A DNA stretch of 64,000 nt, from assembly GCF_018350175.1 (NCBI RefSeq), contig NC_058368.1, positions 16,928,001 through 16,992,000 of the forward strand, in the 5' to 3' direction. Under the pieces are notes generated by a model. It did no database searches, was not told the DNA's origin, and worked only from the letters and a program-made list of their open reading frames with translations. The DNA is from Felis catus. Its lineage: Eukaryota. Both the position numbers and the translations under genes were made by a program. Below, piece by piece: positions 49,876 through 61,059 of the stretch; position 1 is the first letter of the stretch, and each line of letters begins with the position of its first letter.

Positions 49876-51581
49876 TCCTTGTGCTTTCTTTTAAAGACCC
49901 TGGTGAATTGCCATGGACATTGTTCCCAATGGGCAGACATTTCTCATTACCTAGCATTGTGAGCCACTGTTACTTCCAAACTGAAGCATAGAAAAAGGCC
50001 TCTTTGATTCCCATATTTCTCTAGAGGAGGCAGATGTTAGGTGGAGAATCACAAGCTGGAGGCAACATAGATTTCTAGGTCACTTCAGGAAGGATGGCTG
50101 TCTCTGAGTCATTGGAGGAGCAGAATGCTCTGCATGAGAAAGAAGTAGATTCGTGTTGGGTTCACTCTTAAAGAGTTTGGGGTCATATCATAGACGACAA
50201 GCCAATCTGTATTCACTAAAGCTATAGATGAAGAAATTCATTTTACTTGTCAAGCTGATTAGTTCACTCAGAAAACTGTCACTAATTATTATATTGGGCC
50301 AGGAATTGTGCTCGATGCTGTGAAGGATGAAAGAGAAATGAACAAAACCTGGAACTGGCTCGTAGGAGCTGATGGGTCTAGGAGCACCACCATCTTGTGT
50401 CATTGGTTTATTAACAGTCTTTCAAAGTATCTGTACGCACTTAATTTCACTTGGTTTTCACAAAAGACCTATTAATTTCCATTTCACAAATGAGTAAACC
50501 AAGACCCAAATCCATAGGGCAATTAAGTAAGAAACACAGAACTTAAATGAAGTCTTCTGATTTCTGCCTACTCGGATGTGCCCGCCAAACTCTAAACTTC
50601 TGTAAATGAGCTGTCCTTGCAAGCAGTCAGGAACCCAAAATAAGGCATGTTGGAGGGAGGAACAGAGTGTGTTGTGCTCAGAGATTTTGCCACTTGGGGA
50701 CTGCATCTTTGAGGGTGAACACAATACCATAAGAAAGGTCTCTTTACAATAATGAAGTTGTTTGTTTGTTCGTTTGTTTCCCCTCATTAACAGGGGTGTG
50801 GAGGAATAAGAAAGACACCTAAGAACCGGGGCTTCAATTTCATTTCTCATTATATATAGAACTCCTGGATGGGACATTTGCCAAATACATTTTTAAATAC
50901 TATAATACTGTATTATAATTTGCCTTTAAATAATTATTTTACATCTTAAAATCATTAATGAAGAATTAAATTATTATGTAATTTATCCCTTATTCCACTA
51001 ACTACCCTACTAATCCCACTAATATGTAACACTTTTCTGTTTGCTAAGTCATTTCGTGACATGACACACACATACATATTCTTGTTTTTAAGTTAGAAGT
51101 AAAACCTGTATGAATTAAATATCTTCGAAGATATAAAGCCTACAAAATTATGAACTTGTGAATACAGAAAATGTGCATTGTTATCACATATATTCTGAAT
51201 GCTTAGCAAGGGTTCATTAAATATTTATTAAATCAGTGCATGATAAATAATAAGTAAATGACTGCATAAAACAGGGGCACAAGAACTATACCTATAACAC
51301 ATTTGGAGAGCAATTAGAGACTGAACACTGAAGATTATATTTTAAAGGAAAGAAACATCAAGCAGAAGGGAAAAGGGTATGAGCTGAAGCAACCGGGGAT
51401 ATCCTGACAGGTTAACTTAACTGTGAATCTTTAAGTCTCCATCTAAAAATTCAGCTCAAGTATTTGAAATTAATTCTATTGTAGTCAGTATTATTTTGTT
51501 TCTGTTTTTATTTTACCCCATCTTATCTTTCTGCTCTGTAAAAGATAATATAAATGAGTTACATATAAGAGTGCATTTTCT

Positions 51582-51790
51582 GGGGCGCCTAGGTGGCTCA
51601 GTCGGTTGAGCGTCCAACTTCACTCAGGTCATGATCTCGCTGGCTGTGAGTTCGAGCCCCGCGTCGGGCTCTGTGCTGACAGCTCAGAGCCTGGAGCCTG
51701 CTTTGGATTCTGTGTCCCCCTCTCTCTCTGTCCCTTCCCCACTCATCCTCTGTCTCTCTCTATCTCAGAAATAAGTAAACATTAAATTAA
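51582..51790 (+). mobile_element. Can-SINE
   Basis: TSD gcattttct. Confidence 0.94.
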
Positions 51791-52858
51791 TGGCATTTTC
51801 TACCATCCAGACAAAGAGAAGATCATTACACAATAGCTGTAAAAGGACCACAGGTACAACCTTTCAGAAGAAAACACCCAAAACTGCATTAATCCAGGCT
51901 GACTTGTTCCTAGTGTTCTGTCTTGGACAATCTAATTAATTAATTATTATTTCCCTGTAATGATCAAACTAGAGAATACCCATACCTAATTACCTTTTTC
52001 CCCTATGTGAAACATTCTTTTTCATTATTATGTAAGCAAAGGCAATGAACTCACATTACTAGAGAATGAGGAGGTAGCTTACTCTGTAAGCTTTATTAGG
52101 AGAAAAGTGGATCTCTTCCCAGGAATGAAACATTAGCATGACTGTGAGTGGATCTGTATGTTAGAATGCTGTTGTATCAGGGTTTTAGAATTTTGCCATA
52201 TCATTGAGTTAGAGGGACGCTAAATTCTTGCGATCTAACCGAATGCAGCAATACAGACCACAGGCTATGAATGCTGAGTATTTTATATAGTCAATGAGTG
52301 GGACAAATTTTGTGCAATCAAATCAAAGTCGATTTCTTTGATGAATACCATAAGTGCCCATGTGCTATTTTATTGATTACTAAGAGCTTCCTATGTTCCA
52401 CAAGAACTTTTGCAAGCCATGAAATTCTGTTTCATGAAAATGGGAATCCAATCATGGAAGCGTCGCTTTGGGGGAGATTAAGGTCACAGGAGTGCCTCTG
52501 ATTAAATCCAGGGTTTCCCTCTGGCTGACCTTTGATTCTTCTCAAGAACTTGGAGCAGTGTGTACTTGAGACCCTAGAGTTCTGTGATCATAGCATAAAA
52601 CATTCTTGCCTTGACATAAAGTCACATCAACAGGCTCCCCAAAGATTATCTGAACTGCATCTGTGATATCCCTGGATAAGTTGTCTGAAAAATGATGCTC
52701 GTAGAAGTTCAAAGCCTATCTTTAGATAATGATCAATGAAGACTCACTATTGAAATGTTGGGAAATATTAACTAAATGCAAAGACTAATGTCTTTTGTGT
52801 TAAACCATTCTAACAATTATTGACCAAAAAGGCTCTTGCATTTGTTTTTACTTAGGAA

Positions 52859-52859
<1 letters not shown>

Positions 52860-52902
<43 letters not shown>
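52860..52902. repeat. (AAC)n microsatellite
   Basis: Direct reading. Confidence 0.95.
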
Positions 52903-54649
52903 TATAAAAAATGCATCAGTGCTTTTGATTTCTACTGTAATCAAATTGCTACCATGAAATATTATGCACTTTATAATAAGAAGTTATATTTGTATATTTA
53001 TTTGAAATGCTTTTACACATATTATCTCAATAAATTCTAATAACCACTCTGTGAATAAAACTATTTGCACTTCACAAGTAAGACTGCCAAAGCTGAAAAT
53101 GGTTAAATATCATGCCTAGTTTACTAGTTGAGTTAGGATGACTGAAAGAGAAACAAAAAAAACTTTTTCTTAAACAAGACACAATTTCTTTTTTTTCTTA
53201 AGCCTGTATGTTTATATTTCTCTCTAGGGCTGAGATAGTGCTTTACTGATTAGAGATCAAAGATCCTATTATCTTATTGCTTTACAGTGTAAGGCATTCA
53301 GGCCCAAGGTCACCTCATTGTCAAGAAAGGCTGCTGAAGCTCCAGCATTTATGATTATATTCTAGTTAGAAGAAAAAACAAGAAAGGAAGTGTCATTTTT
53401 AGAAGTCATACATTCCTCTTCCTGATGAGATTGTACATGGACACACATGATTGAAAAGGGGCTTGGGAAATCTTTTGGTTCTGGGCTCCATGTGTCTAGC
53501 TGAAAATGGGGGATTACATTACTGTAAAAACAAGAGGGACTCTATAAAGGATCAACTTCCAGTCTCTGTTAACACTTAGCATCTCATATCTAGTAAATGA
53601 TGACACTTGGACCACAACTCAGACTGTCATGTTTCTTACCTCATGGTCTAACAGCAGTGTGTTGTCATATAATGAGAGAAGAGGTTGAGACATAGCCTTG
53701 TTTTTCACCATTCAGAGCTGTGACGGTATCCATCATGATTCCTGCCTGCCTTCATTTTTCCACAATTATTTAGATATAAACTTTGAAGAAACACTAATAT
53801 CAGTTCTACTGTTACGAAATATTAGGCTGTCCAAAGAGTCTCTGGAGTTAACATCCAAAATTATTTCTCTGCATGCCTTGAAAAGTCCATAGTGTTCTTA
53901 ATTGTTTTCTTGTTAAGAAAGAACTGAGTATGTCAGTAAACAGTTGTGAAATGCATGTATCTTCCCCCCCATACAAGATTTTAGATCAGTGTTCATTTAT
54001 TTTCAATGACTGAGGAAATAAATATCATTTGAGGGAACTACCAATGATAAATAGCCTACTAATTTCAGAGTGATAGAAGAATTTACATCTTGTGCTTGGT
54101 TGTCCCCTTTGGGACCACCGACCTTAGAAATTATGAATAATTTAGCTAACATTGGGACGTATAATTCAACGCTGGAACTCAACAAAACTAGAATTTTTGT
54201 ATTTTCTCTGAGGGAGAGACGATTTCTTGAGCATTTTGTCATTAAGGTATATAAAATATTGGCGTTAAGATTGGTTTAGAAGTTTTCTCAGTGATTGGCT
54301 GAAACTAGAACCATGCTGGACAGAATTTCAGTGCTTTTATATAGATATGGCTTGTGTTTGGGATTCTGCTTTCAGGGCTGATTCCCCAAACGTCTAGAAG
54401 ATGTGAGAAAACAAAACAAAAAATTTTGAAGGAAATAAAACGCTTAATGAATAGAAAGGGGTTACACTGATGTTAGCAGAACGTAGAGGTTTAAAATAGC
54501 CTACAGAGGTAGAAAGCCTTCAAGTCTGTGTCTGGAGATATAAAAGAGAAAATAAAGAAATAAATTATTTCTCTTGGTTCAAAGAGCTACAAATGCAGTT
54601 AATCTGATAATGAGAAGCAGATCTAGAAGTTTAGACTTTTTATTACAAC

Positions 54650-54830
54650 AATAGTCTTCATATTTTAGGGACTGTCAGAATCACCTGCTAGGTTTGTAAC
54701 AGAGATGACTGGTCCCCAATGCCTGAGTTTCTGATTCAGTAGATCTGGGGTGAGGCTTGAAATTTTAATTTCTTACAAATCCCCAGGTGATGTCAATGAT
54801 ACTGGCCCAAGGGCTGCACTTTAAGACCAT
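54650..54830. mobile_element. MER5A-like relic
   Basis: 'tcagaatcacctg...gagtttctgattcagtagatctggggtgagg...ccccaggtgatg...cactttaagacca'. Confidence 0.75.
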
Positions 54831-56014
54831 TACGATACGGAATAACTGCTCAAGGAAACAATTGAAATTGCATTTAGGAATAAATAGAAAAACGTTCTAT
54901 GTAATGTTTTCAGTTCTACAGAAAATGGACTGTCCTTTATTGGCAAGGTTAAGAGATGTTTTCATTACCAATAAACACAAGATTCTGAGCTGTGATCACT
55001 CAAGCAAGATTCACTATAGCTCTGTGACCAGATAGTGCACATTCTAACTTATCAGAAGGGGAAATGAGAGAAAGATGTGTTGTGATTGTTCACCATCTGG
55101 GAGAGAGATGATGTTTATGGCACTCTCAGATCTCTGGCATGGCACCAAATTATGTGTGTGGAAAGACAAACAGTGCACAAATCCAGATGTTTAGCCTGTA
55201 ACTCTACATCAGGCTAAACATCCAGAAATTCCAAATAAATCAAAGTTTCAAGTAAATCAGGCATCCGGATATTTAATTGATTTTTACATTCTAATCTAGT
55301 CTAATATTTTTGGGTCATATAGACTTAATCTTACCCTTTGTGCAACTGTCAGATTAAGAAATTTCCCCCCTCCCCCCACCTATGTGTCTGTCTACTTCTG
55401 GGTTTTTTCCAACATGCAACAGCTATGCTACTTTGATCCCTGAGGCACTTCTGTGTCGTTGAAGTTAGCCATCTAGCTATTATTTCATTTGTCATCTCTT
55501 TACTTCAATTGTTAGAATTTCACAGCATTAAATCCATGAAACCACTTAAAAAGAAGTTTTACCTGAAATGATTTCATCATGGTTACAACTCTTTGAAAGA
55601 GGGGACTTTGTGAAAATGTACAATACTAGGCGACCACTCTATTTGGATAGAACCATGAAACATCCAATATATCTACTTTACCATGATTTATCTCAACAGT
55701 CACATTTAAGGCAGCACTTTCACTATGCAAGCCATATTTAAAAAGTTAGAATAAAGAATAAGATAGAATACATGTTTAAAATAGGTGTGTATCAATTAAT
55801 ACAAAACAAATATATAGTAAGATTAATTAGTTTCTATCTAGTCTTTTATGTGAAAGAAAATACAAAAATTCTAGTTTTGTTGAACAGTATGTGTTTTTCA
55901 AGTGGTATTAGAAGCAATAGCATGTGAGTACAAGAAATGGATTTATTCAGTCCACTGTGGTTCATTTGAGAATTGAGGTGTGACTTATTTACAGTCAAAA
56001 TCAAATGAAACATA

Positions 56015-56106
56015 TATACACACCCACACACACGCGCGTGTGCACCCACACACACGCGCGTGCGCGCGCGCGCACACACACACACATACATACATACACA
56101 CACACA
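56015..56106. repeat. (CA)n/(CG)n alternating purine-pyrimidine tract
   Basis: cacacacacgcgcgtgtgcacccacacacacgcgcgtgcgcgcgcgcgcacacac... Confidence 0.9.
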
Positions 56107-57199
56107 GAGAAGTATCTCCATTAATTTATTGTATTGGTATACAACAGGTTTTTTTTTTTTTGCGTTATACATTTTGGATTAAATAATGTAATTTTAAAGC
56201 CTCTAACTATTTCTTATTAAGAAGTCTGATATTGTGGTGCTTCTGTGACAAATAGTTTTTTAGGTAATGCCACAAATGGATAGGAGCTATTGGCTTTGAG
56301 ATAGCATCTTTGAGATAAAAGCACCGTGCTGTTTTATGCATAATGCTGATGAACATAAAAACTTCAAAGGCAATAAGAACTGACCCTAAAATCTCATTTA
56401 GTTCATGTAAAAGAACACTCATTCAGAGACAAGGAAGAGAATAGGCAAGTTTTTCTGTTCCAGATACCAAACCGTGCAACAATGTAGTGAAGTAAACCCT
56501 AAATCATGAGTATCTGTGAGTGACAGTATGAGCCACAGGACCAGAGGAGGCTAAATTGTGCCGTGCTCTGGAAAGATGTGAGTTAAATATCCAAGGAGTC
56601 ATCCAAACGTAAGCACGGCAGTACTGACGTTAACAATGATTCCCCAATTTCAATACACTGAAACTTACATCTATAATTAACAGAAAGTCCTGCCCTTTGA
56701 GAAATGCCTGGGATAAAAAATTGCATGTGAAATCAAGGTAGCGAGTACAAATCTCAATTCACAGCTCAGACAGGGCTTATAAACAGAGTTTGTCTGGAAG
56801 GTTGAGGAAAACCCAGCTGGCCAGTGTGGCTGACACAGAACGAGTGAGAAGGATATATTCTCAGGTAAGAAATAGAAGTAAGGGAATGGGGTTGGGGGGG
56901 GGGCAACTCATATGGTTTGGGTTATTGGGTTTTTGTTTGAATATCCACTATTTGTCTGAACTCTACATTCTGACAAGAATCATATTCTTTCTAGCAAGAC
57001 CCCCAGGTCCTATGAAAACCAGACAATACGGCACAATATTTGTTTTAAGGGTTTCAGAATATTCTGTGATAGAAGTGGCTATAATGATAATTAAGAAGCT
57101 GGTCTACAAGAATCTCTTCAGAGAGACCCCTAACTCTACAGGATGTCATATTCGAGTGCCTATTCTACTTCCCTGTGGAGCAACGCAGTCCATACATTT

Positions 57200-57810
57200 T
57201 AAAAGGTATTTAAAATTTTTAGAATAGCTTCCTTATTTACAGAAAAAATGAGAAGATAGTTCTTAGAGTTCCCACATACCCCATACCCAGTTTTCTCTAT
57301 TATTAATACAGTGCCTATGCCACAATTAATGAAGCAGTCACTATCAATGCATTATCATTAACTAAAGTAGATAGTTTATGTAGGTTTTCTTAGTTTTTTC
57401 CTGATGCTCTTTTTCAGTTTGGTTACATTCTGTTTAGTTACCATGTCTCCTTAGACTCCTCTTGGCTAAGACAATTTTTCAGACTTTCCTTGTTTTTGAT
57501 GTCCTTGACACTTTTGAGGTGCTAATTGGGTGTTGTAGAATGCCTCCTAATTAATGTGTTCATGATGATCACACTAGGGTTATGCGTTTGAAGGGGGAGA
57601 CCAGAGAGATAACGTACCATTTTCATCACATCATTTACAGAGTATACAATGTCAGCATGACTTATCACCGTGAACGTTAACTTTGATTACCTAGCTAAAA
57701 TGCTTGTCAAGTTTCCCATTACAAAATTCCTCTTTTATTTACCTCTTCATACTGTGTTCTTTGGAAAGAAAACACTTATGTATGGCCCACGCATAAGGAG
57801 TAGGAGATCT
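57200..57810 (-). mobile_element. Old L1M 3' UTR relic
   Basis: 'tttacagaaaaaatgagaagatag...gagttcccacataccccatacccagtttt', 'catgtctccttagactcctcttgg'. Confidence 0.7.
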
Positions 57811-59979
57811 CATAAATGTTGATGGGAATAATTGCCATTTTCATCATTTATGAAATAGAAAAGTAGAATTTGTTTCTCTTCCTTCAAATAATTATTTGGA
57901 AATATGACCTGAGGGTCAATACCTCCTAAGATTTATTAATGAAGATTCAAGTCAAATTAGCTTGAATCTTCATTCCCCAGGCACAGTGGGAAACTTCTCA
58001 TTCCCCCCAGTGTCTGTGGAATTTCTAGAGGTGCTTATGGTTTTTCTAGTTACCTCTTGTTCTGATTCCCTGCTTCCTTGGAATATGTAATCCCTTTCAC
58101 AGTATGCCTCTTTGAGGCTAGTCTTGTTTCACCAACTATCCACCCAAATGTGGAAAATAGCACTGATTCCTTGATTTCCCAAAGCACTAGGTAGTTATGT
58201 ACAATAGATTTACTTGAAAATGTGGATGCCGGGAAGGTGGAAGGATCCTGTAGTATATCTGGGGGAATAATGTCACTTTACTGCACAGCAAGAAAGAATT
58301 TAACATTAAATGTTAAGCATTTGTAATATTGGGCACACAGAACTATTTTGCTTTTTGTCCATTTTTCTCATTTGTCTGCCATTCTCGTCATGAGGAACCT
58401 CTCATTTGGTTGCTCTTCATTCCTGCGTTCTGAATTTCCATCATTTTTCCAGAATTTTCTTGTCCAAGTAACTTCTTCAGATTCTTGGCTTCTTCCCAGT
58501 CTCCACCTCTGGATACTGACAACATCAGAATACTTTTATTTATTACTATGTTCAAGAACGTATGTATTATGGTCTCATTCTACCTTGTTGTGTGCCTGGG
58601 GCTATCATTCCACAATGAGATGATTCATCAAGATATTTTGCTGTACAAAGAAAGTTTGGTGTTCCGGAGAATTCTGCCCTAGGCTCTTTAACATGTTTCT
58701 CTCCCTTCTGCAATCCCTCACTCCCTATCCACCACCGTCCTGTCCCCCATCCTCTCTTGTAGTTAGGAACTGTAAATTATCAATCAACGTTCAGTCAGGA
58801 AGATGGGATTCACTTTAGGTACTTCAGGGATTAATTCTGGGAACTGGCAACAAAGGTGATTGAAGATAAGTAAAGGAGAAAGAGATAAACCGTAGGAATC
58901 AGAAAGCTATATGTAGGAAGGACTGAAACTCCCAAAGGGAGAAGGTGTCACCCAGAGGTCGGCAAGTGGCTCTCACCTCCAGGCTGGAGCACAGCAGCCC
59001 ATGCTTCCCATTACATGGCTGGACATTCTGTCACTGATGCACACCAGCTACTCTGCAGCCCTTACTGCTGCTGAAGTTAGTGGGACAGTAATTGCTGCTC
59101 GTGACACCATGGCTGCTGCATCTGAGCAGGAGCTCTGACTGTACCTATTGAAGGTGATGGAATTTTCTGGTGCTCTCAGCCACTTGCAGTTGCCTGCTAC
59201 CTGTCCTCAGGGAACAGGATAACATCTTATTTTCCCTCATATTTGAATTCCTTAGCTGTGGCCTCGATTGGTGCCACCTAATCATAAACCAACTGGCCAG
59301 GGAGACTTGGAATTGTCGTTTGCAGGCTTCTGGCTCCTTGCAGTACCAACGAAAACAGGACAATGGAGCTGAGTGGCCAAGGACCTGAAGTGTAACAGTC
59401 CCCCCATTTGTCCTCTCAGCATAAATAAACTTCTATCCATTTTTAACTTCCAAGCAGCAAAAAAGAGCAATGACATCATCACACAAATAGTCCTGATAAG
59501 ATTAGAGAAAACTGTATCTCTTCCCAAAAAAGGGTGACAAAATTCCTACCAATCACAGTATCCTTCTCTGAGTAACACTTCCTTTTTTAGTTCTATCAAT
59601 TGCCTTGATACTCTACACCCTGAAGATTAAATTCTAATATTAATCAGCACCACTACTCCTTAAATAAAGTAGTAGTAGAAAGAGAGGGAGGAAATTTCAG
59701 TTAGCATATATAAATGTAGGCGTTACAACTGAGGAGATATGCACGCATAATGGTAACGTTTTATTCCTCTAACTGGCTGCAAGGTTCTGATGAATATTCA
59801 TAATGCATTTGTTTTTCTTTCCATCCATGTTGCCTCTTCCCTTAGCCATCCCTCAGCTTGTCAGTGCTCTTCCCCTGAAGGCTGAAGCTACATCGTCATT
59901 TTTGAAGTGCCCAAGGACATGCCATTTTTGTGTGTGCTATAATCTGCTATTAATTTTACTACCCGATACTGAAATAATA

Positions 59980-60480
59980 CAGATCATCCTCAACTTATGA
60001 GGGGATTGCATCTTGGTAAACCGATTGTAAGTTGAAAATATCATAAGTTGAAAAATGCATTTAATATGCCTAAGCTCCTGAAGATCATAGCTTAGTCTAG
60101 CCTACCTTCAATGTGCTCAGAACACTGACACTAGCCTATAATTAAGCAAAGTCATCTAACACAATGCCTATTTTATAATAAAGTGTTGAGCGCCCATGTT
60201 ATTTATTGAACCCTGTACTGAAAGTGAAAAACAGAAAGGTCATATGGGGTGGAATGGTGGTCTGCATTACAGTTGTGTACCCTCATGATCGTGTGGGTGC
60301 CTGGGAACTTCAGCTGACTGCCACTGCCCAGCATTATGACAGAGGATGGTACCCATATTGCTAGCTGGGGAAAAGATCAAAATTCAAAGTATGGTTCCTA
60401 CTGAATGCATATCACTTCCACACCATCATAAAGTAAAAAAAAAATTGGAAGTCAAACCATTGTAAATCTGGGGCCATCTG
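59980..60480. mobile_element. Tigger-family non-autonomous element (MER47/Tigger5-like) with both ends
   Basis: TA|CAGATCATCCTCAACTTATGA ... TGTAAATCTGGGGCCATCTG|TA: imperfect TIRs and TA target duplication. Confidence 0.85.
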
Positions 60481-60802
60481 TACAAGATGCTTGTAACAAA
60501 GTCTTCACTTCTTCCACTCTAATAACAAACCCATTTCCTATTGACATTTGAGATCAGTCACTGCATCCCATACAGTAGTCCTCTTTTGCTTTCTTTTTTG
60601 TCTGTGAGGTCACTGGTATGAGGATCCCCAAATATCTAGATGTCTATTTCAACTTACGGTTCTCTGAAATCATTTGATATATGATTGCCTCCCACTCTTG
60701 CGAAGTAAGACCTCATTATAAGCAAGTCTAAAGTTCAAGGGACAAGAATCAAATGTTATTTTAAAAGTGAGGCATGAAGATTAATAATGAGATAAATCAC
60801 TC

Positions 60803-60804
60803 TA

Positions 60805-60837
<33 letters not shown>

Positions 60838-60878
60838 TTAGAGAGCATGCACACACGCCAGCAGGGGAGAGGGACAGA

Positions 60879-60936
<58 letters not shown>

Positions 60937-61059
60937 CCTAAGTAGGCTCCACTCTCAGTGCAGAGCCTGACCAGGGGCTTGATCCCACAATCCTGGGATC
61001 ATGACCTGAGACAAAATCAAGAGTCAGACGCTCAACCGACTGAGCCACCCAGGCACACC
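60803..61059 (-). mobile_element. Can-SINE with (ATT)n tail and (GA)n expansion
   Basis: TSD aatcactct. Confidence 0.92.
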
